Below, one piece after another: positions 17,280 through 26,007 of a DNA stretch of 64,000 nt. The DNA is from a virus. The notes under the pieces were generated by a model that saw nothing but the letters and a program-made list of their open reading frames with translations, was not told the DNA's origin and searched no databases. Both the position numbers and the translations under genes were made by a program. Numbering within the stretch: position 1 is the first letter of the stretch; the number at the start of each line of letters is the position of its first letter. The stretch lies in IMG/VR virus record IMGVR_UViG_3300045988_072096; one strand, given 5' to 3'.

Positions 17280-18113
17280 ATGAAAAAGAAAACTAAAAAT
17301 ATAAAGGCAAAGAAGTCTGTAACATTGAACAAGTCTAATAAGACAGTGAATAAAACTGAAGTAACTAAAGCGAGACAGGAAAAGGCAGACAAACTTAAGA
17401 AAGAAAAGAACGAACGAAAAGAACAAAATATAGCAAACAATCAGTTAGCTTTAGATAAGTTAAGTAAAGCCGCTATAGATAAATTAAGTAAGGCATTGTT
17501 GTCGATGGGTGGAGTTAAGAAAACAGAACTAACTCCGAAAGACAAAGAACTTGTTAAAAAGAAGACAGAAGAACTGCGTGAACTACGAAAACAGCAATAC
17601 GAGCAACGTAGATTGCGTTCACTGAAACGTCGACTTAAGCTAGGCAAAAAGTCCGAAGAAGAGATGAAAAAGTCTCTCGAGGAACTAAAAAAAGAAATGG
17701 CAGAACAAAAGCGCTATGACGTGCTACTATTGTTCAATCCAAAAGAGAAAGAACCTATTTCTGCAGCATTGGTGGAAAACAAAATAACAGCAACTTATAT
17801 AAGCAATGATTATCTGTGGATAAAGAACACAGATATCCACATTGTCAATAAACTGCGTGGTCTGCCATTGAAGTTTAACTTATGGCCGTACAAAGCAGTA
17901 GAGCCTAAAGAGCCGAAAGAAAAAGCCACAAAGAAGCCTACTGTTAGCAAGACTGTAAAAAAGCCTACTGCCAACACTGTACAAGTACGTAGAGCAGCAA
18001 AAGCACGTAGAAAGACTACGAATTTAGCTAAATTTATGGCTAAACACGCTCATGCTGTGGCTAAAATAGCTGAACGTAAAGCCATCAACAAAACCATTAA
18101 ACAAGCCGCTTGA
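17280..18113 (+). CDS. Highly basic Lys-rich protein (277 aa), possibly nucleic-acid binding
   Basis: K/R/E-rich throughout. Preceded by the conserved leader box. Confidence 0.75.
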   Translation: MKKKTKNIKAKKSVTLNKSNKTVNKTEVTKARQEKADKLKKEKNERKEQNIANNQLALDKLSKAAIDKLSKALLSMGGVKKTELTPKDKELVKKKTEELRELRKQQYEQRRLRSLKRRLKLGKKSEEEMKKSLEELKKEMAEQKRYDVLLLFNPKEKEPISAALVENKITATYISNDYLWIKNTDIHIVNKLRGLPLKFNLWPYKAVEPKEPKEKATKKPTVSKTVKKPTANTVQVRRAAKARRKTTNLAKFMAKHAHAVAKIAERKAINKTIKQAA

Positions 18114-18115
18114 TT

Positions 18116-18850
18116 ATGAAAAAGACTATAAATAAACAAAAGTTAGCGCAAGAGCGCAGCTATAACCGCAAATATAACGTTAATAACAACTGTGTGCCTC
18201 CTGTTGTAAAGAATCCGTATAAAACGACGGATAAAGAAGGAAACATACATATAGAATGGAAAGCTCTTAAGGTTACCATTCCAAAAAGTCTAACGCATAC
18301 ATCGCGTTATGACAAAATTGACGATAAAAAAGTAAAGATTCCATCGGAACAGGGTGAATTTCACAAAAAATATACCATAAAAGGTATAGTGAAAAACTCT
18401 AAAGAGTATGTTGAGGCATGCGCCAAGTATAAATTGGCTAAATGGGAGAAGAAGAATCCTTGCCCAATAAAATTGGATGGAATTCAGCAGGATATGTTTG
18501 AAACCGAGTTCCTTATTCCTTGGCAAGAAAAGCGAAAGGAAGCTGAGAAGAAAGCATATGCCCATGCTGTACGAGTGTACGGACAATTTTCATTAGTCGG
18601 ACGATTTGAAACAGATCGAGAAGGCAAATATGAAGAACATACAATCGGAAAATTACGTGATATAGATGGTAGTACCGCTAAATACGGCGGTATTAACCAT
18701 TGTCCCGAGAAAGTACCGATTATTCAAGCTGCTACACTAATAGCAAATACAACAAAAGCTAAAATAAAGACTCTTGTATCAATAGTGGTAAAAGATTCTT
18801 ACAACACACAAGGCCGAATAATTCTGCCTAAGTTGTCAGAAGCAGCTTAA
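18116..18850 (+). CDS. Hypothetical protein (track ORF starts at TTG 18110; first ATG is 18116)
   Basis: Clean ORF with a TAA stop. Confidence 0.7.
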   Translation: MKKTINKQKLAQERSYNRKYNVNNNCVPPVVKNPYKTTDKEGNIHIEWKALKVTIPKSLTHTSRYDKIDDKKVKIPSEQGEFHKKYTIKGIVKNSKEYVEACAKYKLAKWEKKNPCPIKLDGIQQDMFETEFLIPWQEKRKEAEKKAYAHAVRVYGQFSLVGRFETDREGKYEEHTIGKLRDIDGSTAKYGGINHCPEKVPIIQAATLIANTTKAKIKTLVSIVVKDSYNTQGRIILPKLSEAA

Positions 18851-18861
18851 TAATTTTTCCA

Positions 18862-18952
18862 TGCAGTGAAGTCTATGTGCGCATAGCTCCTGAAGAGAGA
18901 TGACATCGTAGCGGATAACGTCTCTTAGTGGGTTCGAGTCCCACCACTGCAA
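18862..18952 (+). ncRNA. 91-nt tRNA-like element with canonical acceptor and T arm but a non-canonical core
   Basis: Acceptor TGCAGTG/CACTGCA (7 bp). T arm GTGGG-TTCGAGT-CCCAC. The central 59 nt fold as CTAT-GTGCGC-ATAG plus AAGAGA/TCTCTT rather than as D and anticodon arms. Confidence 0.5.
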
Positions 18953-18978
18953 CTATATTAACTAAGAACCTTTGAGTC

Positions 18979-20862
18979 ATGATAATACGAAATTCCGTCG
19001 TAGTAGTATACGACATAGAGATCTTCCCAAACGTATTTCATTGTACTTGTAAAGACACAGAGGAAAATAAATTGTACTTTTTTGAAATATCAGATCGTAA
19101 AAATCAGCTAACAGAATTAGTTGATTTTTTCTTTTATAAGAATATAGGCGATAAGATGTTTTGTGGGTATAATAACAAACACTATGATGATGTAGTAATA
19201 AACTATCTTATAGATTTTTATTATAAAATGGATACATTATCATATGATAAAGTTTGTACATCTTTGTATAATCTTTCAAATACGATAGTTACGGCAGAAG
19301 AAGGTGATACTAGTAAATTCAAGCGATGGAAATATGCAAAGTATTTCTACTCAATGGATTTGCTAACAATGTTGTTTAGTTCTAAGTTACGTGTAGGTCT
19401 TAAAGAAATGCAAGTAACTATGCACTACAAAAATGTAGAAGAATATTCTGGTGACTTTAGTCAGTTTCTACCAGATTCAGAAATAGATAACATGATAAAA
19501 TATAATATAAACGATGTAGAGTCAACAACTGAACTTCTAAATAGGTTGAAAGACGATGTACAACTACGTCTGTTTATAGAAAAAGAATACGGTATTGATG
19601 CCTTATCGATGGATAGTGTAAAATTCGGAGAGACACTTCTATTGAAAAAGTATTGTGAACAAACAAAACTTAGTGAACAATATGTGAAAACATTGCGTTC
19701 ACCTATGGATTACATTCCGTTAAAAGACGTCATATTACCGTTCATATCGTACAAAAATCCAAAATTACAAGACGTTCTTGAGGATATGAAGAGCCAAGTA
19801 GTATATTCTAAAGAACGCAAAGGCTATGAGAAGAAGTTTGTTCTCTCAAACGTACGCTATTCTGTAGGTGTAGGAGGTATACATTCCTTGCATACACCAC
19901 AAATCTTCGTTCCTAATGACAATGAATACATAGGTCATTCGGATGTGGCTAGTATGTACCCTTCGTTTATCATAAAGTATAGATGGATTCCACGTCATTT
20001 AGGTAAAGAATTTTGGCAAGTATATTCGCAAATATATAAAGAGCGAATAGAAGCAAAACATAGTGGACAGAAATTAAAGAACTTAGCTCTAAAGTTAACT
20101 TTGAATTCTGTCACCGGAAAAATGCAACAGGAAACCAGTTGGATGTACGATCCATTCAGTGTCTTTAAGATACGTATCAATGGACAATTGATACTATTGA
20201 TGTTAGTGGATCGACTGCTGGAGTTGAACTGTAAGATTGTGCAGGTCAACACAGATGGTGTGATGTATATTGCTCAAAAGACACAACGTGAAGCAGTGCA
20301 GGAAGCTGTTTCAGAAGTTGAGCAATTAACACAACTGACTTTCGAGTCCGATGACTATGAGGCGTTTTATCAGTACGCCATAAATGACTATTTTGGTGTC
20401 GAAAAAGGGTATTCACAATCTCACGACCCTAAACTGATAGAGAAAAAGGGAATGTTTATCACAGATCCTAGATTGGGTAAAGGGTTAGCACCAGCCATTA
20501 TTCCAAAGGCTGTGATAAACTATTTTTTAACCAAACAACCAACTTTTGAGTACATCAAATCGTCCAAAGACATTAAAGACTTTATGATGTACCAGCGCGT
20601 AGATAAGAAGTTCAAAGTTCTACATGGTGATAAACCTGTACAACGAATAAATCGATTCTATGCGTCAACAAACGATTATTCCTTGTTCAAGGTAGATGAC
20701 ACAGGTAAAGTAGCGAATATGCTTACTAAATCTGGAGTAACTATCTTAAACGAGATGAATGATATCCCAATTGAAAACAGACATATAAATTACCAGTATT
20801 ATATTGGTGAGGCAAATAAAATCATATCAGAATTTGTCTGTCAACAGTTGGAGCTGTTTTAG
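18979..20862 (+). CDS. Family B DNA polymerase with 3'-5' exonuclease domain
   Basis: Exo I VYDIEIF, Exo II YNNKHYDD, Exo III YNINDVEST. Pol motif A DVASMYPS, motif B KLTLNSVTGK, motif C VNTDGV. Ends in TAG TAA. Confidence 0.95.
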   Translation: MIIRNSVVVVYDIEIFPNVFHCTCKDTEENKLYFFEISDRKNQLTELVDFFFYKNIGDKMFCGYNNKHYDDVVINYLIDFYYKMDTLSYDKVCTSLYNLSNTIVTAEEGDTSKFKRWKYAKYFYSMDLLTMLFSSKLRVGLKEMQVTMHYKNVEEYSGDFSQFLPDSEIDNMIKYNINDVESTTELLNRLKDDVQLRLFIEKEYGIDALSMDSVKFGETLLLKKYCEQTKLSEQYVKTLRSPMDYIPLKDVILPFISYKNPKLQDVLEDMKSQVVYSKERKGYEKKFVLSNVRYSVGVGGIHSLHTPQIFVPNDNEYIGHSDVASMYPSFIIKYRWIPRHLGKEFWQVYSQIYKERIEAKHSGQKLKNLALKLTLNSVTGKMQQETSWMYDPFSVFKIRINGQLILLMLVDRLLELNCKIVQVNTDGVMYIAQKTQREAVQEAVSEVEQLTQLTFESDDYEAFYQYAINDYFGVEKGYSQSHDPKLIEKKGMFITDPRLGKGLAPAIIPKAVINYFLTKQPTFEYIKSSKDIKDFMMYQRVDKKFKVLHGDKPVQRINRFYASTNDYSLFKVDDTGKVANMLTKSGVTILNEMNDIPIENRHINYQYYIGEANKIISEFVCQQLELF

Positions 20863-20893
20863 TAACCAGCTTGTTAACCAAAGAGTATAAGAG

Positions 20894-21460
20894 ATGATTA
20901 TTGAAGTAGATACAAAGCTGCTAAACGCAGCACCAAATATCAATCTAAATCAGTTGATATTCCTAAGTATGGTATTGAATAAGAATCAAATTCCAAATCA
21001 AGACGTTCGCAAAATTGTCAGCCTTATTAGCGACGATGAAATATCATACTTAATTTCTCAGGGACTTGTAACCTTGATAGAGAAAGGTAGTTCAAAGATA
21101 TATCAGGAAACAGACCTACTTAAACAAAAAATAGCACCCGATAAAGACTATTTCGATCTGTTTTATGATATATACCCAGTATACGTATTACGCCCAGATG
21201 GTGTTAAAAGCTATCTTCGTGCAAACGTAAATAAATGTCGTCATTTCTTTAATGTTACAACTGGTAATAGTATAGCAATGAAGGAACATCTAATTAATTG
21301 TCTTCAATACGAGATAAATAAAAAGACTCGTGAAGGTAAAATTGGTTATATGAAAACGATGTGGAGATGGTTAATAGACCATCAATGGGAAGAAACTGAG
21401 GAAGAGATGGCAGATAATAGTACAACAAACACAAATGCTTATGGAACAGAGTTATTGTAA
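20894..21460 (+). CDS. Hypothetical replication-module protein (188 aa)
   Basis: Clean ORF between the polymerase and the helicase. Confidence 0.7.
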   Translation: MIIEVDTKLLNAAPNINLNQLIFLSMVLNKNQIPNQDVRKIVSLISDDEISYLISQGLVTLIEKGSSKIYQETDLLKQKIAPDKDYFDLFYDIYPVYVLRPDGVKSYLRANVNKCRHFFNVTTGNSIAMKEHLINCLQYEINKKTREGKIGYMKTMWRWLIDHQWEETEEEMADNSTTNTNAYGTELL

Positions 21461-21473
21461 TGTCGTTAGACCA

Positions 21474-22373
21474 ATGTCAGTTGTAGCACAAGAAGCTATA
21501 AACTACATTGCGGCAAGACGAGATCACACCGTTACGTCGCTTAAGACTAGATGGAAGAAGTTTAATAAGCAATGTATGGGAGGTATAGAACCCAATACTG
21601 TTTATACTATTGCTGGCATTTCTGGAAGTGGTAAGTCTAGTTTTGCTAACTTACTACAAAGTGATGTGATTGATTTAAATTCTTCAGAAGATGTTATTGT
21701 GCTAAACTTCTCACTTGAGATGGTTGGATTTAGGCAAGTTGGAAGGACTCTTTCTAATAAATTACGAAAGACTACTTCGACTCTGTATAGTTCGGAAACG
21801 GACCTCGACGAAGAAACATTTAGAAAAGTCGTCGCTGTTTCCAACCAGCTAAAGGAGTATCCTATCTATTTTGTAGATAATCCGTGTACTCCCACGCAAG
21901 TTGAGCAAATAATATCTAGTTTCTATAACACCTATGTAAAGGGAACAAAGAAGCATTTTGTTATTTTGTATGATCATGCCCTATTGACGAAACAAGTAGG
22001 CTCTGTAATAGAGACTATTAGTGAACTTGAGCGCGTATTTATCCAAGCTAAAAAGTTACCACTTACGTCGATTATACAATTAGCGCAAATGAATCGAAAT
22101 ATAGAAGCGCCTGAAAGGATTAATAACCCGCTTTCGCATTACCCAATGCGTAGCGATTTATCATCATCGGATGCAATTTTTCAAGCAAGCGATTATGTGT
22201 TAGTAATCCATAGACCGGAAATATTAAACATATCAGAATATGGACCGAATCATCTACCTACACAAAACAAGGTGTATATGCATATCTTAAAAAATAGAGA
22301 TGCAGGTAAACCTTGTATACTTGAATTCGAGAACGATCTAATGTATAACAACTTGATTGAAAGTGTATCTTAA
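21474..22373 (+). CDS. DnaB-like (RecA-fold) replicative helicase
   Basis: Walker A GISGSGKSSF, Walker B-like FVILYDHA, and QLAQMNR. The start was moved from 21435 to ATG 21474 to avoid overlap with the upstream gene. Confidence 0.85.
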   Translation: MSVVAQEAINYIAARRDHTVTSLKTRWKKFNKQCMGGIEPNTVYTIAGISGSGKSSFANLLQSDVIDLNSSEDVIVLNFSLEMVGFRQVGRTLSNKLRKTTSTLYSSETDLDEETFRKVVAVSNQLKEYPIYFVDNPCTPTQVEQIISSFYNTYVKGTKKHFVILYDHALLTKQVGSVIETISELERVFIQAKKLPLTSIIQLAQMNRNIEAPERINNPLSHYPMRSDLSSSDAIFQASDYVLVIHRPEILNISEYGPNHLPTQNKVYMHILKNRDAGKPCILEFENDLMYNNLIESVS

Positions 22374-22400
22374 GTAAAAACAAAATTAAGGCTGAATTTT

Positions 22401-22865
22401 ATGAAAACATATACATTTACTAAGAGTGATTTTAACAACAGTAAGAAAAACTTTATCGATGAGATTATCGGCAAAAGTAAGTCTACAAACTATTCTAAGA
22501 TTATTGACAACATTATATGTGCTGATGTGATCAAGAAGAACCAGTATTTGTTTACTAAACCCACTGTATGTAACTCTTACGCCGAGGATATCACTTCTGA
22601 CTTCCTCAAGGCAGCTAACTTCTTGGCAAACTATAAGGAACCTAAGAATAAGCTGTATGACTTTATTATTGGTCGAACATATTACCTGTCTGACAATACG
22701 CCCATTATCTTCTACGATGATGAGATCCAGATCGGTTTTGATGTGTTTAAATATTCGGACTTTACGTCAACTGATTTTATCAGCGCGATTGCCCCGAAGA
22801 TGAAGAATACAATCATTGATATTTATACCAATGCTCGTAACTTGACCATTAATATTAACTTATAA
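22401..22865 (+). CDS. Hypothetical protein (154 aa)
   Basis: Clean ORF. Confidence 0.7.
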   Translation: MKTYTFTKSDFNNSKKNFIDEIIGKSKSTNYSKIIDNIICADVIKKNQYLFTKPTVCNSYAEDITSDFLKAANFLANYKEPKNKLYDFIIGRTYYLSDNTPIIFYDDEIQIGFDVFKYSDFTSTDFISAIAPKMKNTIIDIYTNARNLTININL

Positions 22866-22887
22866 TAACATAACAGAGCTATAAGCC

Positions 22888-23637
22888 ATGTCATTAATAT
22901 TACCTACTAAGAAAATCCCAGCAAGTACAACTAATCCGAAATTTTTAGTATTGTTCGGTCGTGAAAAAGTCGGAAAAACTTCTGCTTTGGCGCAACTGGA
23001 TAATAATCTAATCATAGACCTAGAAGGCGGTTCTACATTTGTCGATGCAATGGCAATACAATGTAGAAATATAAACGATTTAGGTGAAGCTGCTCAAGCC
23101 ATTAGAGCTAAGAATAAGGAGGTAGGGCATAATTTCTATAGACACATAACTATAGACAACGCAACTTCTCTCGAGGAGATGTGTTTAAGTTATGCTGCTA
23201 CGTTGTATAGACAACAACCAATGGGTAAAAATTGGACAGGTACAGATGTTAGAACCCTTCCACAGGGCTCTGGTTATTTGTATTTACGAGAAGCCGTATT
23301 AAAGGTTATCGATATGTTCAAAGAACTATGCGATGAATTTATTCTGATCGGTCATATTAAAGATACTATAGTAAATGATCCTTCTACAGGCGAAGAACTG
23401 TCAGAACGATCATTAGACCTGGTAGGAAAATTATCAGGAATGGTGTGTCGAAAGTGTGATGGAGTAGGATATATGTACAGAGATGGAAACGAAGTACATA
23501 TTAAATTCAAGGCAGGTAAAAACATTTCTATGGGTTGTCGTAGTGACCACCTTAGAAATAAAGACATCGTCATTTCAGAAATGGATGAAGAAACAGGTGT
23601 CTTAACTACTCATTGGGATAGAATATATAAAGATTAA
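22888..23637 (+). CDS. AAA_24 / Sak4-like RecA-fold ATPase
   Basis: Early Walker A FLVLFGREKVGKTS, and FILIGHIKD. It sits directly upstream of the SSB, as in Sak4-SSB pairs. Confidence 0.8.
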   Translation: MSLILPTKKIPASTTNPKFLVLFGREKVGKTSALAQLDNNLIIDLEGGSTFVDAMAIQCRNINDLGEAAQAIRAKNKEVGHNFYRHITIDNATSLEEMCLSYAATLYRQQPMGKNWTGTDVRTLPQGSGYLYLREAVLKVIDMFKELCDEFILIGHIKDTIVNDPSTGEELSERSLDLVGKLSGMVCRKCDGVGYMYRDGNEVHIKFKAGKNISMGCRSDHLRNKDIVISEMDEETGVLTTHWDRIYKD

Positions 23638-23664
23638 GAACTATAAGTCAAAATAATAGAGATT

Positions 23665-24258
23665 ATGTATAATACTAAAACAGCAATTGTAAATAACGAA
23701 GAGTTTAATTCAAACTATATGCCTGTAGGCATTAACAACGATGTAATGTTGAAATCAGTAGCAGTTGAAAAGAGTCCACAGGGAAAAGACTTCCTTCGTG
23801 TAACATTCGAGAATGGCGCAGGACAAACTGCTGAATTCACAGAGTGGAAAAACGAAAAAAATATGTGGATTAAAACTGATGAAGATTTGCAGAACCGCGA
23901 CAACATTCAGTTTGGACGCATTCTACAGTTGATCAACAGTTTCACTACTGCTCCTGATGTAGAGTTGAACTCTTTTACGGATATGATTAATTGGGTTAAA
24001 ACCACCTTAGACCCTTTTATTCCTACCAATAAAAAGCTTAGACTTAAAGTTATTTACGACAAGAAAGGATATACACAGGTATCTAAGTATGGAACATATG
24101 TAGAACCTATGGATGTCGAAGAGTCTCAGATTAAATTGTTTAAGAACGACCTTCTTGAACGTCCTGTAAAGGCTGATGAAGAGAAGCCTATAGACCCGCT
24201 TGCTGCCACTATAAGCAGTACTCCGGTTACTGAGAAAACGGATGACCTACCGTTCTAA
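23665..24258 (+). CDS. Single-stranded DNA-binding protein
   Basis: C-terminal acidic tip ..EKTDDLPF (bacterial SSB ends D-D-D-I-P-F). Located within the replication module. Confidence 0.65.
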   Translation: MYNTKTAIVNNEEFNSNYMPVGINNDVMLKSVAVEKSPQGKDFLRVTFENGAGQTAEFTEWKNEKNMWIKTDEDLQNRDNIQFGRILQLINSFTTAPDVELNSFTDMINWVKTTLDPFIPTNKKLRLKVIYDKKGYTQVSKYGTYVEPMDVEESQIKLFKNDLLERPVKADEEKPIDPLAATISSTPVTEKTDDLPF

Positions 24259-24289
24259 TAGGTCTGGTGGAGACCGGTTAACTCCGGGG

Positions 24290-24331
24290 TATCGGAATGG
24301 TTTTAGAGAGGTTCGATTCCTCTCCCGATAA
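24290..24331 (+). ncRNA. tRNA-like minihelix (acceptor stem, 10-nt GG-containing linker, T arm)
   Basis: Acceptor TATCGG(A)/(C)CCGATA (6 bp). Linker ATGGTTTTAG. T arm AGAGG-TTCGATT-CCTCT. Confidence 0.5.
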
Positions 24332-24534
24332 CATTGTCTAACCCGAAAATGCTTTCAGCGGAAAGTTATAAATGTCGTCCTTAAGGCGGACGTGAGGTTG
24401 AGAAACCCTCTATGTTAGATTTATTAAAAGTTTTCTTTTAGACAATTGAGTCGGCATATAAAACGTGCATTATCCGACAGTACGGCCTGCAAAGGTAGCA
24501 ACAAGCAGCTATGCTTGGTACAAAAATAGCATCT

Positions 24535-24620
24535 GGCTTAATGGTGAAATTGGTATACACACAACACTTAAAATGTTGCGTTCCGAAAGGAACTTGGGGG
24601 TTCGAGTCCCCTTTGAGCCA
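24535..24620 (+). tRNA. tRNA-Leu (UAA), class II
   Basis: Acceptor GGCTTAA/TTGAGCC. Anticodon stem CAACA/TGTTG with loop CTTAAAA. Long variable arm GTTCC-GAAA-GGAAC. T arm GGGGG-TTCGAGT-CCCCT. Confidence 0.9.
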
Positions 24621-24639
24621 CTAAGTGATATCGCTTAAC

Positions 24640-24705
24640 AGAATATACATATAGTTCAGGCAAATAAAAGACTGCGGCCTAAAGTGGTCTCTATATGTAT
24701 ATTCT
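24640..24705 (+). repeat. Perfect 15-bp inverted repeat (long hairpin)
   Basis: AGAATATACATATAG (24640-24654) pairs with CTATATGTATATTCT (24691-24705) around a 36-nt loop. It lies between tRNA-Leu and the next tRNA-like element. Confidence 0.8.
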
Positions 24706-24707
24706 AC

Positions 24708-24777
24708 CGCCGTAATAGCATTTAGGAATTAATACACTCTTACGAGAGATATTTAGGTTCGACTCCTAATACGGCAC
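24708..24777 (+). ncRNA. tRNA-like element whose anticodon arm is replaced by a 4-bp stem capped with a UACG tetraloop
   Basis: Acceptor (C)GCCGTA/TACGGC(A). GG at positions 18-19. CTCT-TACG-AGAG in place of the anticodon arm. T arm TTAGG-TTCGACT-CCTAA. Confidence 0.5.
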
Positions 24778-24803
24778 AAATACTAACTAAGAACTTATAA
24801 GTC

Positions 24804-25781
24804 ATGTATAGTACGAGAACAGCAATTACAATGAGTCTAAAAGACTTGTTAGATAAATTGACTGATTATGACATATATTCTTACTATGTTGGGCAATTTA
24901 AGATAGGAAAATTGTTCAATAGTCCACTACGATCTGATGATAAAAATCCTTCGTTCGCTATCTTTAAAGGTATGAACGGAGGGCTGTTTTTCAAAGATCA
25001 TGGTAGTGGAGAAGGTGGAAATGCTATTAAGTTTGTAAAACTATACAAGAACATCAACACAAAAGATGAACTTGAACGAGAATTGTTGCGCATCGTCCGA
25101 AAAATGAATCCTAATAGTGGTAATGCTATACGTACGTACTCCTACTCGGTGGATTCAGGGCCAACAGATATCGGAATAGTAAGACAGCCTTTTACAGATG
25201 TAGATAAACGATACTGGAAACAATTTCATATATCAATAGATACATTGAGAAAGTTTCAAGTATTTAGCATTAAATACTTTCTTTGTAATAGAGTCGTCAG
25301 AGGAACCTACAAAGAAACTAGTCCTATGTATGCATATAAAGTTGACGATAAGTTTAAAATATATCGTCCGCTTGCTTCCAAGTATACTAAATGGCGTACC
25401 AATCTGACAAATCGGAACGTACAGGGACTATCCGAATTGCCTGTGGAAGGAGGTAATCTACTTATAATCACGAAAAGTCTTAAAGACGTGATGTGTTTAT
25501 ATGAGATGGGTTTTAATGCAATAGCTGCATCTAGCGAAACAACGTTTATTCCAGACGATATTTTAGATTCGTTACGACATAAATGGAAAAATGTTATAAT
25601 GTTGTACGATAGAGATAAGACAGGAATGTTAGAATCTCGCAAGTATAGTAAACAGTATAAACTGGATGCTTTATTTGTACATAAACGCTTTAAGGCAAAA
25701 GATATATCTGATGCTGTAAAAGATAATTCATACAACGAAGTCAAACAATGGTTAACACAAACATTGATGAAATATGATTGA
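24804..25781 (+). CDS. DNA primase (TOPRIM domain)
   Basis: TOPRIM-like segments LLIITKSLKDVMCLYEMGFNAIA and VIMLYDRDKTG. N-terminal RSDDKNPSF motif. Located within the replication module. Confidence 0.8.
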   Translation: MYSTRTAITMSLKDLLDKLTDYDIYSYYVGQFKIGKLFNSPLRSDDKNPSFAIFKGMNGGLFFKDHGSGEGGNAIKFVKLYKNINTKDELERELLRIVRKMNPNSGNAIRTYSYSVDSGPTDIGIVRQPFTDVDKRYWKQFHISIDTLRKFQVFSIKYFLCNRVVRGTYKETSPMYAYKVDDKFKIYRPLASKYTKWRTNLTNRNVQGLSELPVEGGNLLIITKSLKDVMCLYEMGFNAIAASSETTFIPDDILDSLRHKWKNVIMLYDRDKTGMLESRKYSKQYKLDALFVHKRFKAKDISDAVKDNSYNEVKQWLTQTLMKYD

Positions 25782-26007
25782 AACTTTGATTCTATCGGTA
25801 TTAAGCGGATTAGCTGGAGGTATTTTAGTAGCAGTAATGTCATCATTACGGCAAAAGCACTATTTTACTATAAATACCGGTACATATGGATATATATACA
25901 GAGATAAAAATGGTAAATTCTCTGTATCGATTAAATCGAAGAATAATTCTGTATACTTCTTCGGTGATAAGAATGGCGTAAACTCTATAAATTATGCCAA
26001 AAAGTGA
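25774..26007 (+). CDS. Small single-TM protein (77 aa)
   Basis: TM segment LILSVLSGLAGGILVAVM. Overlaps both neighbouring genes by a few nt. Confidence 0.5.
   Translation: MIETLILSVLSGLAGGILVAVMSSLRQKHYFTINTGTYGYIYRDKNGKFSVSIKSKNNSVYFFGDKNGVNSINYAKK

Noticed and set aside
18862-18952. Calling the 91-nt element a tRNA-Phe(GAA) or a class II tRNA
   Set aside because: A CTGAAGA loop can be drawn, but its stem has a mismatch and collides with the only D-like hairpin. It would also leave a 26-nt unpaired variable region. No fold gives a standard cloverleaf.
25307-25846. A 179-aa minus-strand ORF opposite the primase gene, and similar antisense ORFs at 562..876, 1259..1624, 11265..11594 and 18290..18586
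   Set aside because: They lie wholly inside better-supported plus-strand genes that have recognisable motifs or clean operon spacing. Their translations are hydrophobic and low-complexity.
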